Source of the DNA: a virus
Taxonomy: Duplodnaviria; Caudoviricetes
DNA length: 64,000 nucleotides
Direction: 5' to 3' (one strand)
Virus record (IMG/VR): IMGVR_UViG_3300027766_000001
The notes beneath the pieces were generated by a model. It searched no databases and was not told where the DNA came from. It was given only the letters and a program-made list of their open reading frames with translations. Position 1 is the first letter of the stretch. Each line of letters begins with the position of its first letter. A program made the translations under genes and the position numbers. Of this stretch, positions 20,303-28,121 are shown one piece after another.

Positions 20303-21085
20303 ATGTCGAACATTACGTTTTCGTGCCAGACGTTACGTGGCACAAACAAAGCCGGCACGCTTAAACCGAGCGGGGATGGTTACTGGACGGTGGTGTTGGG
20401 TGGTTTTAACATCCACAACGAATCCGGCAACTACTACCCGTTCAACAAATACCTGGAAGAGATCTTCTTAAAGTCCTCCTCGTTCATGCGCCGTATTGAA
20501 CGTGGTCACCTGCGGGGTGAGCAAGACCATCCGAAGATCCAACCGGGGATGTCACAACAGCAGTACTTCTCCCGCCTGCGTTATCTCGACATGAGTAACT
20601 GGGCACTGCACATTCGTAGCGTGGAACTTGACTTCACTAACTTCAAGTCTCACCGCAACGAGCAGATGGTAGCGGTACTGGGTGAAATCAAACCTGTGGG
20701 TGGTCCAATCGGTGACAAGCTGTTAGCGTCACTGGAAAACTCCAGCGAAGACACCTGCTTCTCTGTGCGCTCTCTGACACTCGATACCATGATGGGCATG
20801 GCGTGGAAGAAAGACGTATACGAGCTGGTGACCTGGGACTGGGTGCCTGAGCCAGGTGTGCGTAATGCCACCAAGTATCATTCACCGGGTCTGGAGTCAT
20901 TTGGTGACTACCAGTTCGATCCAGCGGTTATTCGTAATGAGATCGTCACCAGTCAAAATGCTGGCGGTCAGGGTTACGGCCTGGAGTCGAACTTCAATGA
21001 CACCACGGCGCTGCAGATCATGATGAACGATTACGAAGCCGGTGATAACTCACCGATTCTGCGTCCGACCTCACTGCGTTGGTAA
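20303..21085 (+). CDS. Prohead (head maturation) serine protease (phiKZ gp175 / SPN3US gp245-like)
   Basis: LRGEQDHP (His76), FSVRS (Ser154), TWDWVPEPG, and C-terminal GLES self-cleavage-type sites. Confidence 0.88.
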   Translation: MSNITFSCQTLRGTNKAGTLKPSGDGYWTVVLGGFNIHNESGNYYPFNKYLEEIFLKSSSFMRRIERGHLRGEQDHPKIQPGMSQQQYFSRLRYLDMSNWALHIRSVELDFTNFKSHRNEQMVAVLGEIKPVGGPIGDKLLASLENSSEDTCFSVRSLTLDTMMGMAWKKDVYELVTWDWVPEPGVRNATKYHSPGLESFGDYQFDPAVIRNEIVTSQNAGGQGYGLESNFNDTTALQIMMNDYEAGDNSPILRPTSLRW

Positions 21086-21093
21086 CAACATAC

Positions 21094-21124
21094 GGGGCAG
21101 GGGAAACCCTGCCTCTTATGCCGG
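21094..21124 (+). terminator. Intrinsic terminator with TTATGCCG tail
   Basis: GGGGCAGGG-GAAA-CCCTGCCTC followed by TTATGCCGG. Confidence 0.75.
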
Positions 21125-21185
21125 CCTGTGTATTATCGTACCAACCACCCCACTCTTATGTCTAATAACGAACCAGGAAGCGATT

Positions 21186-21722
21186 ATGATTGTTAATGCA
21201 CCGCACAGTGTCGCACGTGCGTTTCTGGCGATGAAGGAACTCGAATCCTTTCTCCCTCGCTACACTGACGTCGCCATGCGCGTCATCGAAGAATACCAGA
21301 ACGTGGTTCCACGTCTGGCTGAAGCCAAAGACAAAGATGCCCGCGGTGAAATCATCGGTGGGTTCTTGGCACGGGTAAATGAATACGTGCTGGGGAAAGA
21401 TGCGGACAAGATTGTGCCGTGGCCGTTGTTTAACCACACACCGATTCAGGTCGGTCTCGCGTTTCGTAGTCAGCTGATTTATACACTGTCACGCGATGAG
21501 GTGACTGTTCACCATATCCTGAACTTCATCAACATCGTCTACTTCCCATCGCTCAACCTGCTGGAGCTGAACAACGCGCTGTTAAAGAACGGTCAGTATG
21601 CGCGGCCGAACAGTGCACGTTACCAGAAGATGTTGGTCCTGCTGGCGCATCAGGTTGCGATGAATGCAACCCACGGTGAGTTGGTGTTGTCTGAATCAGA
21701 ACGTCCAGAAGGAGCAGCATAA
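21186..21722 (+). CDS. Hypothetical protein (178 aa)
   Basis: ATG at 21186 after an AGGA RBS. The upstream extension in the ORF track crosses a terminator. Confidence 0.7.
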   Translation: MIVNAPHSVARAFLAMKELESFLPRYTDVAMRVIEEYQNVVPRLAEAKDKDARGEIIGGFLARVNEYVLGKDADKIVPWPLFNHTPIQVGLAFRSQLIYTLSRDEVTVHHILNFINIVYFPSLNLLELNNALLKNGQYARPNSARYQKMLVLLAHQVAMNATHGELVLSESERPEGAA

Positions 21723-21889
21723 TGGGTGGTCCGTCTCCGGAAGCAATGTTGGATGTCTTCAACGCTGCGTACGAATCCTTTATCGTCGATAACCGCTACA
21801 GCGGTCTGACGGCAAAGATGCTGCATGCGAAAGCCATGGCATACGCCGCAGAGAAGCTGCAGTCCACCTGGCCCATCACGGGTGAATGA
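21722..21889 (+). CDS. Small hypothetical protein (55 aa, MGGPSPEAMLDVF...), not in the ORF track
   Basis: TAATG translational coupling to the previous gene, GGAG RBS, open frame to TGA at 21887-21889. Confidence 0.65.
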   Translation: MGGPSPEAMLDVFNAAYESFIVDNRYSGLTAKMLHAKAMAYAAEKLQSTWPITGE

Positions 21890-21898
21890 GTTCAAAGA

Positions 21899-21925
21899 TT
21901 TTTGAACCCTATATCACCCTAGTGT
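21899..21925 (+). promoter_or_regulatory. phiKZ-type early promoter (TATATCAC variant)
   Basis: ATTTTTGAACCC-TATATCAC-CCTA-GTG matches the other copies in this window and the known phiKZ TATATTAC motif. Confidence 0.55.
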
Positions 21926-21984
21926 ATTCTCTGCAGAGAACACTTTACGTATAAACCACATACCCCTTTATAAGGATGCTCGAC

Positions 21985-22434
21985 ATGTCAAAAGAAATCA
22001 AAGCTACTACCCGTACCCTGGCTGACTCCCTGAAAGCAGCAATGACCATGGGCGAGAACGGCGTGGCTGTGACTGAACCGAACTGGTATGAAAATAACCT
22101 GCCAGAAGGTCTGACCATCGAACAGCGTAAAAAGTTCCAGAGCCATGACAGCGCCGTAATGGCTGCTCAGGCTGTGGCTCTCGGTGAACTGGGTCTGCCG
22201 GTGATGCAGAACAACACCGCGCTGTCGCAAATCTCTACGTCGCTGTCAGTGGGCTCGGACACCATTGCCACCGATATCGTGCGTGAATACCAGCACGGCA
22301 AACAGACCATCAACGGTCACGTCATCAGCTCCTACACGGCCAACGCCGCTGGTACGAACCGTGGCGAACTCGCTGCGGCCGTGAAGCACGTACGTGCAAT
22401 GGCTGACGACCTCCTGACCGGTGGTGCGAAGTAA
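21985..22434 (+). CDS. Hypothetical protein, probably highly expressed (149 aa)
   Basis: AAGGA RBS, strong codon bias, follows an early promoter motif. Confidence 0.75.
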   Translation: MSKEIKATTRTLADSLKAAMTMGENGVAVTEPNWYENNLPEGLTIEQRKKFQSHDSAVMAAQAVALGELGLPVMQNNTALSQISTSLSVGSDTIATDIVREYQHGKQTINGHVISSYTANAAGTNRGELAAAVKHVRAMADDLLTGGAK

Positions 22435-22656
22435 GTTTTACCCCGTAGTAAACTGAGCGGCCTAGACACCCGCTCAGCCAAACACAATTCCATTTAACCC
22501 GCTTGGGTCAACTCGGGCTGTGTCCTGTAAGACATTCCAAAAATAGACAGTAATCTAAGGGCTGGTCCGGAAACCGGCTCTTATCTACTGTCGTATTTCG
22601 CGACAGTTTCAAAACCTTGCATTCAGAAAGAATGCCAATAGATAGGAAACTGAAAC

Positions 22657-23703
22657 ATGAAACTCAACTTAACTACTTCTCTGATCAAATCTCCAGCTAA
22701 CGAAAATCACTTCATCTGCACGCAGTATAAAGCAGAGTTTGAAGATGCATCGATGATGATCGTTGAATTGGTCTCAGAAGAGTACGACGAGAAACCAATT
22801 ACGTACGGCCTTGACTGTGACACTAATACGTTACACGGTGAATGGGTCGCGTGCTTTTATCCGCTTGGTGAAGATACACCTTACATGACCATCGGCATTG
22901 GTTCATCTGTAATGGCAACCCCGCTGGGTTATGCTGACCGTGCCCGTCTCGGCATCAACATCCTGGGTATGGAAGGCAATACCGAAGCCAATGCAGAACA
23001 TGCCGTGGTTCAGCAAGTGTTTCGTCAATTACTGACACCGCCTGGTGCACCTAGCTTGGCACACATCGTTATTGATGAACGTGTTAAAATGGCTGAGTGG
23101 ATGTTGTCAAAAGGACTGTACCGTGCAAACGGTGAAGTGAAGACACACTGCCGCGCATATGGTTGCGACTACAGCCGTATCTGGAAAATTGTTGATAACA
23201 CCATCATGGTTAAACAGACTCTGTTGAATATGGACGTGGGTAAGTCGCTTCGTCAGACCCGGATGTTTAAAGCTGATGAGCATATCGTCAGAACTTTCGA
23301 ACAAATAAAAACGGGTCAATACGCGTACATGACGACACAGTTCCAGCCACAGGAAACAGAATACCACTACGGTGATAAAGTTATTACCAATCAGCACCTG
23401 GTTCAACATGTAATGGCGTTTGATCGTGCTGGCTTCTCTCCGGCATTTATCAATCTTTTCATTGAAGAGTCTGAAGCGATTGCTGCGCAGAAACCTCAGC
23501 AACCAATGATGGGTGGGGTGAACCCTCCAATGTTTGGTCAGCAGTCAATGATGCCAACCGGCCACCCTGCAACAGATGCCGCCAACGGTATGCCGCATAT
23601 GGACCCTCAGGCGTATCATCAGCAGATGTGGTTCCATGCTCAAAATAACCAAAATTTCCCTACCGGTGGTAATTTAAACCCGTACACCGGTAAACAGTTT
23701 TAA
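22657..23703 (+). CDS. Hypothetical protein with Q/M/P/N-rich disordered C-terminus
   Basis: 348-aa ORF, GGA RBS, followed by a terminator. Confidence 0.75.
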   Translation: MKLNLTTSLIKSPANENHFICTQYKAEFEDASMMIVELVSEEYDEKPITYGLDCDTNTLHGEWVACFYPLGEDTPYMTIGIGSSVMATPLGYADRARLGINILGMEGNTEANAEHAVVQQVFRQLLTPPGAPSLAHIVIDERVKMAEWMLSKGLYRANGEVKTHCRAYGCDYSRIWKIVDNTIMVKQTLLNMDVGKSLRQTRMFKADEHIVRTFEQIKTGQYAYMTTQFQPQETEYHYGDKVITNQHLVQHVMAFDRAGFSPAFINLFIEESEAIAAQKPQQPMMGGVNPPMFGQQSMMPTGHPATDAANGMPHMDPQAYHQQMWFHAQNNQNFPTGGNLNPYTGKQF

Positions 23704-23714
23704 TCACTAACCTG

Positions 23715-23741
23715 GAAGGGGCTTCGGCTCCTTCTTTTTTA
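23715..23741 (+). terminator. Intrinsic terminator
   Basis: GAAGGGGC-TTCG-GCTCCTC plus T-run. Confidence 0.7.
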
Positions 23742-23787
23742 TAACCGTCCCATGGCCAAAAGTGCCATAAATAAAAGGATGATTACC

Positions 23788-24459
23788 ATGCAACAGATTA
23801 CCGTAAAAGCTGAACACCAAGAACACAACGGCATCCAGTATGTGAAGATGCTGGAAATCGAATTACCGGAATACCGTATCGGGGCGCGCTTACTGCGTCT
23901 TGAAGAAGACAGCACCAATACCACGTATGACGTGTGGATTGGACGTAACCAAAGAAAGATGGGTGAGAACGTCATCATTCGTGACTGGAGTATGCGCGGT
24001 GCGTATCGTCCGGTGGCCGGTGGCGACAAGCTGTTCAACCATCGTTCTAACTACGGTGCAACGCTGTACACACAAGGTAGCCCGTTCGCACACGAGTCTA
24101 CCTCACGGTTGATCTCAGCCATCTTTGATAACCTGCTGGGCACCTGTGATGTAGCCAATACGGACACCATCAGCGATTATGTCGGTGTGGCTGAGGCGAT
24201 GTATCAGGCACGTTTGGTAAACGGTATTGAGAACCAGTACCGGGCGTCGATCATGACACCGAATAAGAACATTACCGGCAGTCGTGTATGGCGTATTGAG
24301 CAAGATCAGTTTAAGTTCGATTCAACGGTTTGGACCTTTAATATTGATGGGCATAACCGCTTGACTCACCGTGACCATGCTCTGGGAACGACCTACAAAA
24401 AGGTTGTCGAGATCATGGCCAATAAAGCTGCTGCTGCCGTGAAAGGCTTAGCGGCATAA
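23788..24459 (+). CDS. Hypothetical protein
   Basis: Long ORF with AAGGA RBS. Start could be 23779 or 23788. Confidence 0.7.
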   Translation: MQQITVKAEHQEHNGIQYVKMLEIELPEYRIGARLLRLEEDSTNTTYDVWIGRNQRKMGENVIIRDWSMRGAYRPVAGGDKLFNHRSNYGATLYTQGSPFAHESTSRLISAIFDNLLGTCDVANTDTISDYVGVAEAMYQARLVNGIENQYRASIMTPNKNITGSRVWRIEQDQFKFDSTVWTFNIDGHNRLTHRDHALGTTYKKVVEIMANKAAAAVKGLAA

Positions 24460-24508
24460 CTCCCTGAGGGTCACTGCGGTGACCTTCTTTTTTTGTAAGG
24501 ATGATCGC

Positions 24509-25111
24509 GTGACTACAACACTTCAGTTCTTTAAAAGAAAAGAGCTCTTTGCCAGCGAATTTCTGCAGACCGTTCAAAATGGTGAAGAAGCTTATGGGGT
24601 TGCCGTAAATAACCTGGCGGCGTACTTTAATGATCTGATCAACAACATTGATCTTAACATCAAAGACATCATTGGTGGCTACCATCGTGGCTATGACCCG
24701 ATGGCGGTGGCTGACTACCTGATCACCCATGAATACTTGGGAACGGGTTTTGCCTTCATCACCGGCGATAGCAACAGCAGTCAGGTAAATGAATTCGCCA
24801 AGAAGCTGCTGAACGGCGCCATGTATTCCCTGATGGGTTACGACAAATTCCACTGGGGCCAGGCATACAGCTACACCCCGTCACTGGAAGAGCGCAGTCG
24901 TGATGCAATCGACGTGCAAATGGAAATCAACAATCGTTCAAGCGATGTTGCCAAAGAGATCGGTATAGAGAACTATGTCCGCTTTGGTACTTATGCCAGT
25001 GATTGCGGGTCAGTATCAAAACTTGACAAAGTCGATAAGCTGAAAGATTACCGTGCACTGGTCCTCGTTGCACTCACGTCTCGTCGCGACTATTTCTTGG
25101 TTCAGGAGTAA
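24509..25111 (+). CDS. Hypothetical protein, paralogue of the next gene
   Basis: GTG start after AAGGA. Shares the WGQAYxYxPxLEE motif with 25115-25768. Confidence 0.7.
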   Translation: MTTTLQFFKRKELFASEFLQTVQNGEEAYGVAVNNLAAYFNDLINNIDLNIKDIIGGYHRGYDPMAVADYLITHEYLGTGFAFITGDSNSSQVNEFAKKLLNGAMYSLMGYDKFHWGQAYSYTPSLEERSRDAIDVQMEINNRSSDVAKEIGIENYVRFGTYASDCGSVSKLDKVDKLKDYRALVLVALTSRRDYFLVQE

Positions 25112-25114
25112 TCC

Positions 25115-25768
25115 ATGCTAACAATTAATCCGGATTTTGATATCTACCACCCCAAGATCACCGAGCAACATAACGGGGCAATCAGAAACAACACCATCCA
25201 GGCAAAGAACTACAAAGAGACTTTCTACGCACTCATTGAAAAAGTGCATAAAGAACTCTATGGGGTTGTTTACGAGCAAATGCGTGCCAGCACTATTATT
25301 GAAGGCTGGCGTTACGGTTTTGCCCCGACCGCAGTTGCGCAGTATATTCTGAACGACATCATTAGCATTCAGAATCTGGTATACGGTTGCACGGGTTATC
25401 ATGAGATGGTAATCGACCATTTGCGCACGACTCTTCAGTTGAACAACAACACCTGGGGTCAAGCGTACGGCTATGTTCCGGCATTGGAAGAGTTGAAACT
25501 TCCAGTAGGTACCGTGCAGGGTCAGATCAATGCGCGTCTGAAAGACATTGCAAGCAAAACCAGTCGCTTCCCTAGCCTCACTGAGCATTGCGTGTTTAAT
25601 CGCCACATTCCGAACGCGAACGTGGTACACAACGACGATGAGATTACACTGATTAACACCTTTGCCATGCAGACGGTGGGCGCTGTGGTTAAGCTCATTC
25701 AACCAGTGTTCGATGAGACCCATCAGTTTGATGCTGAAACACAGGAAGAAACCCATGAAACTGCTTAA
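25115..25768 (+). CDS. Hypothetical protein, paralogue of the previous gene
   Basis: AGGAG RBS, WGQAYGYVPALEE motif. Confidence 0.7.
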   Translation: MLTINPDFDIYHPKITEQHNGAIRNNTIQAKNYKETFYALIEKVHKELYGVVYEQMRASTIIEGWRYGFAPTAVAQYILNDIISIQNLVYGCTGYHEMVIDHLRTTLQLNNNTWGQAYGYVPALEELKLPVGTVQGQINARLKDIASKTSRFPSLTEHCVFNRHIPNANVVHNDDEITLINTFAMQTVGAVVKLIQPVFDETHQFDAETQEETHETA

Positions 25769-25949
25769 ACGCGACCGTTGCTCTCGCTGTGGTCGTGGTG
25801 AGATTGACCCCGTGACGCAAATGCTGATCGTGTTGGTTGTGCTGTCGATGATCGGTATTGGGTTGATTGCACTGCTGGGTTCTACGGTGGCGGGTAAAGA
25901 TGCGCTGAAGGTACTGTGGGATAAAACCCACATCGTCATTAACTTGTAG
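25755..25949 (+). CDS. Small membrane protein (64 aa)
   Basis: AGGAAG RBS, basic N-terminus with CxxC, then hydrophobic MLIVLVVLSMIGIGLIALLG. Confidence 0.6.
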   Translation: MKLLKRDRCSRCGRGEIDPVTQMLIVLVVLSMIGIGLIALLGSTVAGKDALKVLWDKTHIVINL

Positions 25950-25964
25950 GTGAAGGAGGCGGGG

Positions 25965-26354
25965 ATGGAAATATGGACAATACAGTTAGGTCAGTGGCGA
26001 TTGGCTAAACAACTGGACATCCCATTAGTGGATACCACTTACGCCTCTGGTTTAAAACATAACAACATCCGTTGGTTAGCACCGACGGGTGAGTTATTAG
26101 GGAATTACAAAAGTGGCTGCGTTAACGCCTCTGGGTACCAACAAATCTACTTAAACCTTATGAGAGGGCGTTGGTCAACTGATCCGGAATGGTTCATCGA
26201 CTTTTGTCGCCAACATGAGCGTGTGGCTTTGGCGTGTTATTGCGGGGCAGGTCAGTTCTGTCACCGACTTCTACTTGTGGATATTTTTCGTAACATCTGT
26301 GTTAAGTACAATATCCCTTTTGTCTATCATGGGGAACTGAAAAGGGCTGCCTAA
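25965..26354 (+). CDS. DUF488-like protein
   Basis: N-terminal IWTIQ strand, WLAPTGELL and the signature VALACYC...FCHRLLL. Confidence 0.7.
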   Translation: MEIWTIQLGQWRLAKQLDIPLVDTTYASGLKHNNIRWLAPTGELLGNYKSGCVNASGYQQIYLNLMRGRWSTDPEWFIDFCRQHERVALACYCGAGQFCHRLLLVDIFRNICVKYNIPFVYHGELKRAA

Positions 26355-26755
26355 TGAGCAAATTTATTTACACGCAGATGCAGGACTTAATGCTAGCACC
26401 GTCGGAGCTGTTGGTGAACCCACTCAACACCCTGGACACGCATTACACCCCTGTGCGTTTGCGTTTCCATTTCACGGCCAGCGATATCTTAATTGATACG
26501 CAGGTCCTGGATATCCCGTTTGTGAATCAGCGCGTGTGTGACTTGGTGGGTGCGTGTTTGACGTTCTCACCATTGGTTGACAATGTGTTCATCTTAGAAT
26601 ACCCGTACATGAAAGACAACGCGATTTGGTTAGACCTGGCGGTGGAGCTGACACGATTCCCGTTGTCATCTGCAGATCTGATCAATATGTATTCTTCTTA
26701 CTTTACTGGCTTACTGTCACCGGCAGTACTCGCCAAATTGCCTAAGCGAGAATAA
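26354..26755 (+). CDS. Hypothetical protein (133 aa)
   Basis: TAATG coupling to the upstream gene. Confidence 0.7.
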   Translation: MSKFIYTQMQDLMLAPSELLVNPLNTLDTHYTPVRLRFHFTASDILIDTQVLDIPFVNQRVCDLVGACLTFSPLVDNVFILEYPYMKDNAIWLDLAVELTRFPLSSADLINMYSSYFTGLLSPAVLAKLPKRE

Positions 26756-26758
26756 TAC

Positions 26759-27187
26759 ATGGAAACGATCCAAACCACGAACCCCGCAGTGAACGATGCT
26801 GTCAACAGTTTCGATGAGCTGATCCTCATGGTGGGGTTAGGTTTACTGGTTGTGGTATTGGTACTGGGTTACCGTGAACTCCGTCTGCGCAGAATTAAGC
26901 GACGTGAAACCACCACACGTTTAGCGTTGGGTGGCTACGACCTTTACAACTTCAATGACTGCAGTCGTCTTGAAGCAGCAGTGGAAGATCTGTACCGTAT
27001 CTATTTAACGTGCTGTCATGAGCTGGGTGCAGAAGCCCTTGAAGGTGACGAAGGCAAGCAGCAGTTTATTAAACTGGTTGCACACCCTCACATCGAAGGC
27101 CGACTCGATCTCAGCGTCTTGCCCGAGCAGATAAAAGAACGGTTCTACCACCAGTACCAAGACTACCTAAAAGACCAAGCGGCATAA
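26759..27187 (+). CDS. Membrane-anchored hypothetical protein
   Basis: Single TM segment LILMVGLGLLVVVLVLGY followed by a basic stretch. Confidence 0.7.
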   Translation: METIQTTNPAVNDAVNSFDELILMVGLGLLVVVLVLGYRELRLRRIKRRETTTRLALGGYDLYNFNDCSRLEAAVEDLYRIYLTCCHELGAEALEGDEGKQQFIKLVAHPHIEGRLDLSVLPEQIKERFYHQYQDYLKDQAA

Positions 27188-27245
27188 AAGAGGCGTTCCT
27201 CTCCCATGATGGGAGAGGAACCCTCTGGGTCTTATGCTGTTTTTT
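27179..27245. terminator. Bidirectional terminator with CGGCATAA / TTATGCTG flanks
   Basis: TTCCTCTCCCA-TGA-TGGGAGAGGAA hairpin between convergent genes. Confidence 0.75.
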
Positions 27246-27254
27246 TTTGCTCGA

Positions 27255-28121
27255 TTAACGAACAACCTGATGTGAACGGATATCATTGATATCGTCAACC
27301 ACACCAGACTTAGCAGCGTTGATGTCAGGGCCAATGACCTTGAGCACATCCGGCAGATCGCGGTTGTACGGGCTTGCACCGATCAGCTGACGCGTTTTGT
27401 TAATAGTCTCAGCGAGCTTATCAACCGCGGCATTCATGATGGTGGTGCATTTCCACTCGATGGAGTGAACCAGGTCAGCGGAACCCTGGCTCTTATCCAT
27501 ACGAGACTCACGCGTACCAGAAGAAGACGGCTGCATACCAACGCACAGATAGGCGTTGATGATCTCCTGACCGGTTGGGTCAGTGTCGTAATACAGACAG
27601 ATCATCGACGTCATGTCAGGCAGCAGGTCTTTCGGCGGGTTCGGGTAAGTCATGATGAGTGGACGCTTAACATCCGGGTCCATCATGAACAGACGAATCC
27701 ACCACTCCAGCAGGGTCCCGTTCGGGAAACCGTATTTTTCACCGATTTCGTGCGTTGGGGTCGGCTGCTGTTGGGTAACGTTAGCCAGGTCAAACTGCTC
27801 AGCACCAGAACCACCGGCCGGCTGTGAGAAGTGATCCACCTGCAGCGCACGCTGGAAACCCGTAATACTACGGGTGTGTTTTTCCATCATCGCTTTGATG
27901 TGACCATGCCACGACTCGGGGTGATCGAGGTTCTTGATGGCGCCCGGAGTACGGAGCACCACACACTGCAGCTGCTGCTGACGGAAACCGGCGTTATCGA
28001 CGTAACGTGCGAGGTTAGCCGAAATACCGTGATAACCGCCAGTCAACGCATTGACCATCGTGGCGTTCGAAAACGCCGCGGCGCCAGCTTTAGGCTGGGC
28101 AATAGAGTCATTAAGACGCAT
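27255..28121 (-). CDS. Tail tube protein (phiKZ gp30-like)
   Basis: 288 aa, directly downstream of the sheath gene with a 1-nt overlap. Size and synteny match. Confidence 0.75.
   Translation of the reverse strand: MRLNDSIAQPKAGAAAFSNATMVNALTGGYHGISANLARYVDNAGFRQQQLQCVVLRTPGAIKNLDHPESWHGHIKAMMEKHTRSITGFQRALQVDHFSQPAGGSGAEQFDLANVTQQQPTPTHEIGEKYGFPNGTLLEWWIRLFMMDPDVKRPLIMTYPNPPKDLLPDMTSMICLYYDTDPTGQEIINAYLCVGMQPSSSGTRESRMDKSQGSADLVHSIEWKCTTIMNAAVDKLAETINKTRQLIGASPYNRDLPDVLKVIGPDINAAKSGVVDDINDIRSHQVVR

Noticed and set aside
25118-25939. 273-aa minus-strand ORF
   Set aside because: Antisense shadow of two plus-strand genes that have RBSs and paralogy support.
25755-25949. Type IV/Flp pilin mimic
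   Set aside because: RG is followed by a hydrophobic helix, but there is no Glu at +5 and no class III signal consensus. Kept as a generic membrane protein.
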